Program-made: the position numbers and the translations under genes
IMG/VR virus record: IMGVR_UViG_3300045988_136606
Location: 1-58,597 of that record
Length of the DNA: 58,597 bases
Source of the DNA: a virus
Reading direction: 5' to 3' (one strand)
Shown here: in pieces, positions 10,765 through 20,534 of the stretch
Layout of the letters: every line of letters begins with the position of its first letter
Position numbering within the stretch: the first letter of the stretch is position 1
Notes under the pieces: generated by a model
The model's input: only the letters and a program-made list of their open reading frames with translations
Databases searched by the model: none
What the model was told of the DNA's origin: nothing

Positions 10765-12654
10765 ATGGCAAGTATAACAGTAACAAGTAACCCCAGTACA
10801 ACTGAAGATACATTAACAGTTAATTTTACAACGGACGCTACCAATATTACAGATATATTAATTAGTAAAGATGGAGGTAATTCGTACACTAGTGCTACTT
10901 CATTTACTAACACTACAGCTGTTTTCAATGTTAGTAGTTGGAGTAATGGGACATATAGTAACTGTAAATTAAAATGTGTATATACGGAATCTACTGGTGG
11001 TGGAGGCACTGGAGGTGGTGATACTACTGAAACACTAACTATAAGTAATATATCAAATATAACACAAAATACTAAAACACCATTCTATATAGAATATTCC
11101 ACAAATATACCAGTAACAAAACATGAAGTATCATGGGATGGTGGACATACATTCTACGATAAAACTAGTGAAGTTACCTCTAGTGGGAATAACCATAAGT
11201 TTTTACATGATGATAAAGCGAATGCTGGAACATACAAGATGGCTATAAGAGTTACAACTGCTAAGGGTACAACTAAGACAAGTAATGTATTCACAGTTAC
11301 ATTAGTGGATAACAGTGGATTAACTTTTACTCAATATAAAAAATTGGATAACGGCGTAGTTACTGATACTACAGATACAAAATATTATAGTACAGTGGAT
11401 AAAATAGCAGTAACTCCATCTGGAAAATATACACTTGATTTAAATCCTGTAAGTTATGTTTGTGTATGTTTCTATAATAGTAGTGATACTTATTTAGGTA
11501 ATGATTCAGGAGGATTTATAGAAAACAATACTCCAGACTGGTCAGTTGGTTCATTATCAACAACAATTAATGTTCCAGCAAGTGCTTCATATATTAGAAT
11601 ATGTGGTACAAGTGATAATACGCAAGTAACTGGAACACTAACTAAATCAAGTAGTGGTGGTACAACTACACCAAGTGAATTATTAGATAGTGATGGAGCA
11701 TACGTTGTTGATGACTTCTCAAGTGGCACAATAGATTCACGTAAGTGGTCATATGAATTAGGATATGTAAGAAATGGTGAAACTCAAAAATATACAAATA
11801 CAAATGCTGAAGTTAACGACGGAATATTAGCTTTAAGAGGTAAAAAAGCAAGTGATGGTTCTTGGACATCTGCTTCTATTATTTCAAAAAAACATTTTGC
11901 TTTCATGTATGGTAAGATAGTTGCTAGAGTTAGAGCATGTAATTATAATGGAGCATTCGGTGCGTTTTGGACTTTAGGTGATAGTTTTGAATTTGGATAT
12001 AAGGAAAATGGTAGTCCTGATACATTAGGTGAATGGTGGGCTTATTGTGGTGAGTTTGACGTCATGGAATTCTATAATGGAAAATTAACTTGTGGTACGT
12101 TCTTCAATGAAAAAGAGGAAAGTGGACGTGTATGGTACAATAATTATCCTACTGGCGATTGGCATGAATTTGCAATGCAATGGAATACAGATGGTAGTTT
12201 GATTTTCTCTATTGATGGAAATGAATTATCAAGAACAAGTGCTACTGATAACAGAGCATTCCATATACCACACTTTATTTTACTTAACCAAGCGATTGGT
12301 GCTAGTGGCGGTACTCCAGATAGTGATACAACTGAAATAACACAATATGTTGATTGGGTTAAATATTATCCATTGAGTACTGATAATCTAGTATTAAATT
12401 CTAACGACTTCTCTTTAACTGCTATGGATTGGAATGATAATTCTCACAACTGTATGGTAAGACCTACTTTTAATGATAATTGTATTAATAAATCATTAAC
12501 ATGGTCATCTAGTGATAGTAAATTAGTGTGGGTTCATAGTGGATTATGTACTACTTATGCAGGGGCTAATGGTAGTGTTGTAATAACTGCCACAACACAA
12601 GATGGAGTATCAAGAAGTGTAACATTAACAGTAAGCAATGGTACGTTGAGATAG
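10765..12654 (+). CDS. Tail fibre or receptor-binding protein with a GH16 glycoside hydrolase domain and a C-terminal Big_2 domain
   Basis: Strong RBS aaaggaggtaataaaATG. GH16 catalytic motif EFDVME, plus GAFWTLG and WHEFAMQWNTDGSLIFSIDG. Ig-like C-terminus (SLTWSSSDSKLVWV...VVITATTQDGVSRSVTLTVS). Confidence 0.75.
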   Translation: MASITVTSNPSTTEDTLTVNFTTDATNITDILISKDGGNSYTSATSFTNTTAVFNVSSWSNGTYSNCKLKCVYTESTGGGGTGGGDTTETLTISNISNITQNTKTPFYIEYSTNIPVTKHEVSWDGGHTFYDKTSEVTSSGNNHKFLHDDKANAGTYKMAIRVTTAKGTTKTSNVFTVTLVDNSGLTFTQYKKLDNGVVTDTTDTKYYSTVDKIAVTPSGKYTLDLNPVSYVCVCFYNSSDTYLGNDSGGFIENNTPDWSVGSLSTTINVPASASYIRICGTSDNTQVTGTLTKSSSGGTTTPSELLDSDGAYVVDDFSSGTIDSRKWSYELGYVRNGETQKYTNTNAEVNDGILALRGKKASDGSWTSASIISKKHFAFMYGKIVARVRACNYNGAFGAFWTLGDSFEFGYKENGSPDTLGEWWAYCGEFDVMEFYNGKLTCGTFFNEKEESGRVWYNNYPTGDWHEFAMQWNTDGSLIFSIDGNELSRTSATDNRAFHIPHFILLNQAIGASGGTPDSDTTEITQYVDWVKYYPLSTDNLVLNSNDFSLTAMDWNDNSHNCMVRPTFNDNCINKSLTWSSSDSKLVWVHSGLCTTYAGANGSVVITATTQDGVSRSVTLTVSNGTLR

Positions 12655-12667
12655 GTGGTGATTTTTT

Positions 12668-14635
12668 ATGAGTGAAATATACAGTAATTTATTCACAACA
12701 AAAGTCGATAGACCAGCTACGAGTACTACGATATATAGTAACCAATTTACTACAACAATTAATAAAACAGTTGTAGGAGAAACTAGTAATAATACTCAAA
12801 TTAACATCTATAATGGAACTACTCAATTAGTCGCAGTTGATAGTACACCAACTACTGGTCAATATAAAGTAACTATAACCGACACTACTAACTGTACTGC
12901 AAAATTAGAGAGTGATTATAAAACAATCACTCTCCTTACAGTAACAGGTAATGCGGGAGAAATACACGTAACTATTAATATTGAAGGAAAAACAACTGTA
13001 AACAAAACTATACCTGTAGCAGCTATTACTAAAAGTTCTGTAATTAAAGCTGCTGAAACACAATATCAACAATTATCTGATAGATTTTCTTGGTGGGTTA
13101 GAGGTAATAGTACAAGTTCAATGCAACTAACACAAGATGCATTAAATATAATAACAAAACAAGTAAAAGTAGATGGTGATATGATAGTTGATGGGGCTAT
13201 TGATGGTAAAACTATTACAGGAGCAACTATTATAGGTAGTACTTTTAGGAATCAAGGTAATACTTTTAGTGTAGATAGTGAAGGAAATATTGTTGGAGCA
13301 CAAATAAAAGGTAGTGAAGTTGTAGGAGATAGTTTCTCAGTTGAAGGTGAATTAACTGCTGATACAATCACCGCCAATAAAATAAATAATGCACAATATC
13401 CAAGCACACTGGATGACGATATACAAATTGAAATAGACCCTTCATCAGGTAGTGATGATGTTGAATTAACAGAAGGTGCAGTATATAAAACAATGGGAGG
13501 AGTAATAGATGCCTTACCTAAATTTCTTAATGGTAAACGAATAAATATATGGATGCGTGGGGATATAACCGAAAATGCTGACTTCCAAAATTATACTAGT
13601 GGACAAATAAGACTTTATTTAGATGGGCACACATTATACGGATACATTAGAAACTATATGAGTAGTGCCAAATTATGGGTATATGGTGGCTGGCCAGGTA
13701 CCGAAGAAGGACAAATCGGTGTTGTCCACCCCGACACAGGTTGTGCAGTAGCTGGTAGAACTGGTAGTATTATATCGCAGGAAAGTAGTTCACTCAATAC
13801 ATACAGCGTTAAAGTTTATGGTAGTGATAATAAACACAGTGATGGGCAAAGTAATATTGTAGGTTATATCGGGGATGCCTTTGCCTCAATGTATATTAAA
13901 AATACTACATTAGTTAACTGTGAAATAGGGTACAGAGGTAGTGCCTGTGCAAGAATACACGATGCGAGTTCCGCCGGTGTATGTAGTGAATACGGATTTC
14001 AAACTACTAGTGGTGCATTTATAACAATAGCCAATGCAGCTCACTGCGGTGGTTTAACTGCAAATACCGCTCAAACATTACCAGGACAAATTATACAACA
14101 CGCAAAAGCAACATTTGCTGGAGGTAATCAAACTACAGACCCAGACAAAGCCCCTACTACATCAACTACAAAAGTAATTACTATAAAATCTAATAGTGGG
14201 GACACTTATAGAAGTTCTGTATATAATAACTGGAAACAAGATAATACTGCAAGACAAGGTGATTATGGCTACGGAGATTGTAATGGATGTTGGTTCTTTG
14301 GTACTCAATTCAATCGATTCAAAGAAAAAAATATCACTAAGATTGAACTTACTATTAAGAGAATATCTGGTGGTGTTCATGCAGCAGTACCTATAGTAGT
14401 TAAGACTCATAACTATGCAAGTAGACCAAGTGGGAAACCTTCATACGGTTCAAGTTGTGGAAGTGTTAGTATAGCAGTTGGTAATAGTGGAAAGTTAACT
14501 ATAACTAATAGTACTATACTTAATGCACTTTCAGGTGGTACTATAAAAGGATTCGGTATTCAATCAGCTTATAATGCTAGTAGTTATGCAGTATGTAGCG
14601 GCAGTGTAACAATGAAAGTAACTTATACAGAATAG
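12668..14635 (+). CDS. Putative tail fibre or receptor-binding protein
   Basis: RBS ggtggtg. Tail-module position. Thr/Gly-rich beta-rich sequence. Confidence 0.5.
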   Translation: MSEIYSNLFTTKVDRPATSTTIYSNQFTTTINKTVVGETSNNTQINIYNGTTQLVAVDSTPTTGQYKVTITDTTNCTAKLESDYKTITLLTVTGNAGEIHVTINIEGKTTVNKTIPVAAITKSSVIKAAETQYQQLSDRFSWWVRGNSTSSMQLTQDALNIITKQVKVDGDMIVDGAIDGKTITGATIIGSTFRNQGNTFSVDSEGNIVGAQIKGSEVVGDSFSVEGELTADTITANKINNAQYPSTLDDDIQIEIDPSSGSDDVELTEGAVYKTMGGVIDALPKFLNGKRINIWMRGDITENADFQNYTSGQIRLYLDGHTLYGYIRNYMSSAKLWVYGGWPGTEEGQIGVVHPDTGCAVAGRTGSIISQESSSLNTYSVKVYGSDNKHSDGQSNIVGYIGDAFASMYIKNTTLVNCEIGYRGSACARIHDASSAGVCSEYGFQTTSGAFITIANAAHCGGLTANTAQTLPGQIIQHAKATFAGGNQTTDPDKAPTTSTTKVITIKSNSGDTYRSSVYNNWKQDNTARQGDYGYGDCNGCWFFGTQFNRFKEKNITKIELTIKRISGGVHAAVPIVVKTHNYASRPSGKPSYGSSCGSVSIAVGNSGKLTITNSTILNALSGGTIKGFGIQSAYNASSYAVCSGSVTMKVTYTE

Positions 14636-14646
14636 GAGGTGATTGA

Positions 14647-14811
14647 ATGGATGCAATAAATATAATAACTGAAATATATAAACAAGAATTGGCACAAGCT
14701 AATCATCAAAAAGTACTATTTCAAGCTCAATGTGAAATATATAAGCAACAAATAGATAAACTTAAAAAAGAAAATGAAGAATTAAAATCCACAGATAAAA
14801 TAGATAAATAA
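14647..14811 (+). CDS. Small coiled-coil protein (54 aa)
   Basis: RBS ataggaggtgattgaATG. Untracked ORF MDAINIITEIYKQEL...KIDK. Followed by a terminator. Confidence 0.5.
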   Translation: MDAINIITEIYKQELAQANHQKVLFQAQCEIYKQQIDKLKKENEELKSTDKIDK

Positions 14812-14813
14812 GC

Positions 14814-14850
14814 AGAGAATTAAAATTAAATTTTTAGTTCTCTTTTTTAT
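14814..14850 (+). terminator. Rho-independent terminator
   Basis: Hairpin AGAGAAtTAAAA/TTTTAgTTCTCT followed by a T-run. Confidence 0.6.
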
Positions 14851-14871
14851 TTTGAAAGGAAGGTGTTTGAA

Positions 14872-17313
14872 ATGGCTAATAATGATTACATCACAACCGA
14901 TTGTAAGTTGACAGTTTCAAAGAATACAGCCAAATTAGATGAAGAAATATTTCTATATAAGAATGATAGAAATATTAAATTGTTAATAGAAATTGTAGAT
15001 AATAAATACAGATATAAGTCAGATGATTTAAGTAACTTACTAGTGAAATATAAAGCATCCTATGCACAAGTTAAGTGGTATAAAAATGCAGAGGTGAAAA
15101 AGGAATTCCCAATACAAGCTACTGACGATGGTAAAGTTGTATTTGTAATAGAGGGACAATTAATAGATGAAGATACTGAATTAGGAGATTATGATTTACA
15201 ACTAAGACTTCTTAATGAAAGTCAAGAAAGTATAAGATCACTTCCAATAATAAAAGGTGCAGTACATATTCTAAAACCATTGTTTGAAGAAGGTGACATA
15301 GCAACAGTTAACAGTGCTGTAGCAGATGTATCTATGCTTAGTTTAGATGGAGATGCAATTGATACTTATAATAGTGACGGAACTTACAATCAAACTAATT
15401 GGGGAAATGGAGATGTAATCTCTAGTGCAAAATTAAATAAACTTGAAAAAGTAGCAAAAGACAATGTAGACAAAGTAAATAAAATGCCTGCTAAATCTAT
15501 AGTAGAAGGTGGAAAAATATACTTAGCAAAAGAGGATGGAACAAAATTAGATAGTGGGACTGAATTACCTGTAGGTGGAAGTACAATAGAAGTTGTAAAT
15601 AATCTAGAAAGTGACTCAACTACTGCTGCTTTGAGTGCCGCACAAGGTAAAGCACTTAATACACAATATAAAGATATTGCGCCTACTATGAATGGAATTA
15701 CAAAAACAACTGCGATAGAAAAACCAACTCCATTAGTAACTTTTATTGATGATGATGGAGGAATAGGTAGTTATACTCATACATTTCAGGTATTTAAAGA
15801 GAAAAAAGAAAAGTTTAATTGTGCAATAAGCGTAAATTATCTAACTGACGCTAAAATAGGTATGAATGTAGAACAGGTAAAAGAAATTATAGCAGCGGGT
15901 AATACGATAAGTTCTCATACACTTAACCATTTTAATATGGGTAATTCTGATATGGCATTAATAGAAAAACAATGTAAAGAAAGCAAAGAGCAATTAGAAA
16001 GTATGCTAAACACTAAGGTTAATATATTAACCTTACCTTGGGGAGGATTAGCTAATTCTAGTTATGAAGGTCGAAAAATAATGAGGAAGTATTATGAGGC
16101 CGTAATATCTACAACAAAAGGATATAATCAAAAATTAAATACTTTTCATATAGAAAGACAGGGTCTTGACAATAATTTAGACAGAAATAAAAAATATATA
16201 GATAAAGTTAAAGAATGTAATGGATGGTTAATATTTATGAGTCATGGTACTCAATTCACCGACACATCCACTGGAGACGCCGCTATGCAAACTCTAAGAG
16301 ATACGATAGACTATGTAAAAGAACAGGGCATAGAAATTGTTACACCGGAAGAAGGCCTATCTAGAAAAAGAAATATAATAGAAGTATCAAATGACCCTGA
16401 AAAAGATGGTGGATTTACAGTTAGTATTGAAGGGAGTGTGTCATTTAAAAATAGTGACAGAATTAATTATTTAATTGATTATAAGAATTTATTTGAAAAT
16501 TTATCTACAGGAATAAAAAACGATACTACTATAACAAATTTTCCAATTAATTCAATACAGGAAACAACATTGACAGCATTTGATGGGCAAACTAATTTCC
16601 CTATGGGACATACAGGTGTATTAAAAACACATAGAAAAAGTCTAGTTCAATTTTCATATCAAATTTGGCAACCATCTAATTCGAATTATGTCTTTAAAAG
16701 AGTATGTGATAATAATGGTATTTGGAAAGATTGGGTTAATATAACGAAAATTGATAATTATCATCAAATGACATCTCCTTCTAAAGGAATGCAAATCACA
16801 AATGACACATTGCCTAGCGAATTTGATAGCAATATGATAACATATACTTCAATAATAACAGCTGGTAGAAATTTTCCTCATGACGGAAAATCCTTATTAA
16901 TAACTAATTATGTGGATTCAAATTCATGTTTTCAATTATTAATCCCTACTGCCAATGATGCTTTTGGGGATAGACACGTATATATGAGATTTAGCATAAA
17001 CGAGAAGGGTTGGTATCCTTGGAAAGATATATTAGGTAAAAACGGACATACTTGTTATGACACACCTGCTGATGAGATAGTATCTACTACAAAACCTTCT
17101 GAATTAATAAAAGGTAAGGTTATGTACACAGCTATATCAGATACCAGTAAAACTGGATTTCCTGAGGATAAAAGAGGTGTATTATTAACAAATACAATAT
17201 CTAATACTGATATATATAACTTTTACCAAGAGTATGTAATACGCGGTGAGGGGAAAAAATATATAAGAAGTGCCGCAGGAGCTGAAGCTTGGAGTGAATG
17301 GAAATTATTGTAA
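14872..17313 (+). CDS. BppU-like baseplate or fibre protein with a polysaccharide deacetylase (CE4/NodB) domain
   Basis: RBS aaaggaaggtg. N-terminal BppU/DUF2479-like segment. NodB motifs TFIDDDGG and SSHTLNH. Confidence 0.65.
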   Translation: MANNDYITTDCKLTVSKNTAKLDEEIFLYKNDRNIKLLIEIVDNKYRYKSDDLSNLLVKYKASYAQVKWYKNAEVKKEFPIQATDDGKVVFVIEGQLIDEDTELGDYDLQLRLLNESQESIRSLPIIKGAVHILKPLFEEGDIATVNSAVADVSMLSLDGDAIDTYNSDGTYNQTNWGNGDVISSAKLNKLEKVAKDNVDKVNKMPAKSIVEGGKIYLAKEDGTKLDSGTELPVGGSTIEVVNNLESDSTTAALSAAQGKALNTQYKDIAPTMNGITKTTAIEKPTPLVTFIDDDGGIGSYTHTFQVFKEKKEKFNCAISVNYLTDAKIGMNVEQVKEIIAAGNTISSHTLNHFNMGNSDMALIEKQCKESKEQLESMLNTKVNILTLPWGGLANSSYEGRKIMRKYYEAVISTTKGYNQKLNTFHIERQGLDNNLDRNKKYIDKVKECNGWLIFMSHGTQFTDTSTGDAAMQTLRDTIDYVKEQGIEIVTPEEGLSRKRNIIEVSNDPEKDGGFTVSIEGSVSFKNSDRINYLIDYKNLFENLSTGIKNDTTITNFPINSIQETTLTAFDGQTNFPMGHTGVLKTHRKSLVQFSYQIWQPSNSNYVFKRVCDNNGIWKDWVNITKIDNYHQMTSPSKGMQITNDTLPSEFDSNMITYTSIITAGRNFPHDGKSLLITNYVDSNSCFQLLIPTANDAFGDRHVYMRFSINEKGWYPWKDILGKNGHTCYDTPADEIVSTTKPSELIKGKVMYTAISDTSKTGFPEDKRGVLLTNTISNTDIYNFYQEYVIRGEGKKYIRSAAGAEAWSEWKLL

Positions 17314-17519
17314 TAATAAATAATATAAATTACACAATTTGAATCAATTGCGTAAGAAATATGTTTATAAAAATGAAGTCATGTTAATACTTTGTAATAA
17401 AAAGGAGTGTTGGCATGGCTTTATTATATATAGCATTAGTATTATGTTTAATAGGCATATTAATAGGTATTCTGTCTATAATAGGGATAATTGTACTTTA
17501 TAAATCAATATAGAAAGTT

Positions 17520-17549
17520 AAAGGACTTAATTAATTTTAGGTCCTTTTT
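17520..17549 (+). terminator. Rho-independent terminator
   Basis: AAAGGAC...GTCCTTT hairpin followed by Ts. Confidence 0.55.
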
Positions 17550-17572
17550 AAATGTAAAAAAGGGGTGATATT

Positions 17573-17848
17573 ATGGATTTTCATTGCTGGAATGAACAAG
17601 GATGTACAGTAGAATTAGATGAAAGAGAGAAACAGGCATATATAGATTATGTTCAAAAGAAAAATCCAGGACAACAAATTAAAAGCCTGGTTGTAAAATT
17701 GGATGGCGATTATGTTGATTTGAAATATGAGGTAGTTCCAATTCCATTTAAAAGAATTCGCAGAATTACAGGCTATTTGGTAGGTGATACAACGACTTGG
17801 AACGATGCAAAATTGAATGAACTCAAGGATAGAGTCAAACATAGCTAG
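17573..17848 (+). CDS. Stand-alone NrdD C-terminal-like glycyl-radical domain protein (91 aa)
   Basis: RBS aaaaggggtg. C-terminus RIRRITGYLVGDTTTWNDAKLNELKDRVKH matches the anaerobic RNR glycyl-radical signature R-[IV]-[CT]-G-Y...WN.[GA]K..E...R.KH. Confidence 0.6.
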   Translation: MDFHCWNEQGCTVELDEREKQAYIDYVQKKNPGQQIKSLVVKLDGDYVDLKYEVVPIPFKRIRRITGYLVGDTTTWNDAKLNELKDRVKHS

Positions 17849-17864
17849 AATAGAGGTGTTGTCT

Positions 17865-18089
17865 ATGAATACAGAAATAATTGTTGCAATACTAGCATTT
17901 GTTGGAACCCTAGCAGGTTCTTACTTTAGCAATAACAAGACAACTGCAGTAATACAAGAACAGATAAAAAATATAAAAGAAGATATATCTATTCTGAGTA
18001 ATAGGGTGGATAAGCATAATAATCTTATAAGTAGAATGAGTGTTGTTGAAGAAAAAATAAAGGAATTAGAAAATAAAGGAGAGAGATAA
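17865..18089 (+). CDS. Small membrane or coiled-coil protein of the lysis cassette (XhlA-like arrangement)
   Basis: RBS agaggtg. N-terminal TM helix IIVAILAFVGTLAGSYF followed by a coiled coil. Immediately upstream of the holin. Confidence 0.45.
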   Translation: MNTEIIVAILAFVGTLAGSYFSNNKTTAVIQEQIKNIKEDISILSNRVDKHNNLISRMSVVEEKIKELENKGER

Positions 18090-18362
18090 ATGTTAGATTT
18101 AAGTGTTATAAGTAATTATTTAGTAGTTGCAGTAATATTAGTATGTTGTTGTATAGGATATGTAATAAAAACAAGTTTAGATTTTATACCTAATAAATAT
18201 ATACCATTAATCATGGCCTGCATAGGAGTGGTTTTAAACTACTTTATAGCAGGCTATTTTAATGTAAATGTATTACTAGGAGGAATGTTGAGCGGTTTAA
18301 GTTCTGTAGGACTTCATCAAGCTTTTAAAAATTTAATTGAAAATAAAGAAGGTGATAAATAA
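18090..18362 (+). CDS. Holin
   Basis: 90 aa with 2-3 TM helices and a charged C-terminus. Directly precedes, and overlaps the start of, the endolysin gene. Confidence 0.7.
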   Translation: MLDLSVISNYLVVAVILVCCCIGYVIKTSLDFIPNKYIPLIMACIGVVLNYFIAGYFNVNVLLGGMLSGLSSVGLHQAFKNLIENKEGDK

Positions 18363-19240
18363 TGAAAACTCAAGGTGGTTTTACCTTACTTGAAAATGAA
18401 AAGGATGTTAAAAATTGGCTTAATAAACAAAAGGTAACTAGAACAATAACAAAACTACAAGTACATCATATGGACTTACCTAACTACAGTACTTGGGAAA
18501 AGACAGATAAAAAAGTATTTGCAGAACCACATTTTGGCAGAACTCAATCATTAGATAGTTATGGAAAATCTACATGGCATGATAGTGACGGGCATGGACA
18601 TTTTATAGCTCAGCACTTCAATGTATTTCCAGACGGCAAAATCACTACAGGAAGAAATCTTAATTCTACTCCAATAGGAATTAGAAAATGGAACACAAAT
18701 GCTATATGTATAGAAATATATGGTTGTTTTGATAAAGGCCACGATAAAATGACATCTGCACAAAAGAAGGCAGTAATATATCTTTATGGTGAGTTGTGTA
18801 AGAGATTTGATATCCCAGTTAACACTTCTCATATAAGACCGCATTGTTGGTTTACTGCTGGAGGAACTTATTTAGGCAAATATAATCCTTCAAGAAGTGC
18901 TAAAACTTGTCCAGGTACTGCATTCTGGGGATATGGATGTTCTCCAGATGGCTTCAGTCACTTCATTAAAGATGTAAAAAACTATGTAGATGGTAAAAAA
19001 GCAGAACCTAAGAAGGAAGAAACCAAGGCAACTACAAAGAAATTCCAAATACAAACTTTAGATAAATTAAATGTTCGTAAAGTGGCAGATTGGAATGCTT
19101 CAGCAGTTACTACAGTCAAGAAAGGGCAAATATTGGATGTGGTTGCTGAAGTATCACCTAAGAATGGATCTACAAAAATGTATAAACTTGAAAGTGGACT
19201 TTATATAACTGCATCTGAAAAATATGTAAAGAAAGTATAA
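18362..19240 (+). CDS. Endolysin: N-acetylmuramoyl-L-alanine amidase (Amidase_2/PGRP type) with a C-terminal SH3b domain
   Basis: Motifs QVHHMDLPN and CPGTAFWG. C-terminal SH3-like FQIQTLDKLNVRKVADW...GQILDV. Position after the holin. Confidence 0.8.
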   Translation: MKTQGGFTLLENEKDVKNWLNKQKVTRTITKLQVHHMDLPNYSTWEKTDKKVFAEPHFGRTQSLDSYGKSTWHDSDGHGHFIAQHFNVFPDGKITTGRNLNSTPIGIRKWNTNAICIEIYGCFDKGHDKMTSAQKKAVIYLYGELCKRFDIPVNTSHIRPHCWFTAGGTYLGKYNPSRSAKTCPGTAFWGYGCSPDGFSHFIKDVKNYVDGKKAEPKKEETKATTKKFQIQTLDKLNVRKVADWNASAVTTVKKGQILDVVAEVSPKNGSTKMYKLESGLYITASEKYVKKV

Positions 19241-19242
19241 TA

Positions 19243-19285
19243 AAAAGGCTGGTAGGGATTATTTTCCTTACCAGCTTTATTTTTA
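19243..19285. terminator. Bidirectional terminator between convergent genes
   Basis: 10-bp stem GCTGGTAGGG/CCTTACCAGC flanked by an A-run and a T-run. Confidence 0.7.
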
Positions 19286-19945
19286 TTTAAGGATTTCTTC
19301 ATCATCTTTGTCATTGTATTGTTGTGATTGGTTATTATCTTGTTGTGTTTGTGTATTACGTTCTATAATTTTTTCGTTTATACTGTCAGAATCTCCAAAT
19401 TGTCCTTTTCTTCCATTATATTCTTCTTCTGTTACTGGGTGACCATTGTAATAATATTCAGTATTGCCATCTTCAGTATATTTGATAAATTCCTGTTTAT
19501 CATCATTAATCCATGCATCTTCATCACTTTCATCATCTTTATTAAAATCACATATGCAATCATCAATAGGGTGTTTACAGTTATCACATATTGAATTTTT
19601 TCTATCATCCATTGAACTATGTTTAGGGCCTACATATTCACCATTTTCATCATAATAGTCATCTTCCTCTTTGGTTGTTATTTTCTTTTTCTTTTGTTGA
19701 ACTTTCTTAGTTGTATTATTTTTTTCTGTATTGGAATTAGTTTTTTCGGTTTGCTCTTTATTATTTGTACTTTCTTTATTAGTATCTACTTTATCCTTAT
19801 TTGTATTTGTGTTTTTCTTTTCTATTTGTTGTTCTTGCTTAACATTATTTGTAGTATCGTCTTTCTTATTTATATTATCACTACAACCTACCATACTTAC
19901 TGCTAATATACTCGCTGCTAATATGCTTGTTATTCTTTTATTCAT
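19283..19945 (-). CDS. Lipoprotein, low-complexity and Cys-containing (possible surface or exclusion factor)
   Basis: Signal peptide with lipobox (ILAVSMVGC|S). RBS aaagggga. Asn/Lys/Glu-rich. CDNCKHPIDDCICDF. Confidence 0.65.
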   Translation of the reverse strand: MNKRITSILAASILAVSMVGCSDNINKKDDTTNNVKQEQQIEKKNTNTNKDKVDTNKESTNNKEQTEKTNSNTEKNNTTKKVQQKKKKITTKEEDDYYDENGEYVGPKHSSMDDRKNSICDNCKHPIDDCICDFNKDDESDEDAWINDDKQEFIKYTEDGNTEYYYNGHPVTEEEYNGRKGQFGDSDSINEKIIERNTQTQQDNNQSQQYNDKDDEEILK

Positions 19946-19967
19946 ACTAACATCCCCTTTAAAGAAA

Positions 19968-20459
19968 TTATTTAATATGTTTTTCTAATCTGTTTATTTC
20001 TTTTTTCATTCTAGCTATTTTCTTTTCATTTGTTGTATTTTCTATCTTTTTTTCCAACTTTTCTATTTTGTTTATAAATATATGATTATTTGAACTATTA
20101 TTCCAAGTTTCTTTAATGTTATCAGTAAAACTATATTCTTTTTCTTGTGTAGATGTATCACCCTTTTTATATTTCTTGTATTCTTCTTTAGTTAGAGTGT
20201 ATTTAGTTTTACAGTTCTCACATTCTACAATTGCCCCAGCAGTTAAAGATGATATAATACCAAGTACTATAAATACAATTCCTATTAGAAATGCAAGTGG
20301 TGCACCTATCCAGCCTATAATTGGTATCCAAAGTAAACAACCTCCTGCTAACCACAATATAGCCCCTGCACTAAAGAATATACTTGATGCAGATTTTATA
20401 GATGCTTGTTTACCGCACTTAGGACATTCAATATAAGATTTATTTTTTACTTCATTCAT
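19968..20459 (-). CDS. Membrane protein with a split zinc ribbon (LITAF-like topology) and a C-terminal coiled coil
   Basis: CPKCGK ... about 60 hydrophobic residues ... CENCKTKY. RBS aaggggga. Confidence 0.55.
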   Translation of the reverse strand: MNEVKNKSYIECPKCGKQASIKSASSIFFSAGAILWLAGGCLLWIPIIGWIGAPLAFLIGIVFIVLGIISSLTAGAIVECENCKTKYTLTKEEYKKYKKGDTSTQEKEYSFTDNIKETWNNSSNNHIFINKIEKLEKKIENTTNEKKIARMKKEINRLEKHIK

Positions 20460-20534
20460 GTTAACATCCCCCTTAATAATTTATATTTTAGAATTCTATT
20501 TTATTTGACAATTTCCTCTTTGTAGACTATACTA

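Noticed and set aside
228-14410. Numerous minus-strand ORFs of 60-130 aa nested inside the plus-strand tail genes (for example 1338-1730, 2628-2900, 3434-3769, 9341-9640, 9683-10015, 10683-11009 and 14162-14410)
   Set aside because: They lie antisense to long, motif-supported structural genes. They lack RBSs and have low-complexity, hydrophobic compositions typical of antisense frames in AT-rich DNA.
19328-20436. Plus-strand ORFs 19328-19594, 19464-19655, 19619-19906, 19731-19988 and 20116-20436
   Set aside because: They are antisense to the lipoprotein and membrane zinc-ribbon genes, which have RBSs and clear signal or TM features. Their Phe/Leu/Ile-rich sequences reflect the poly-purine coding strand opposite.
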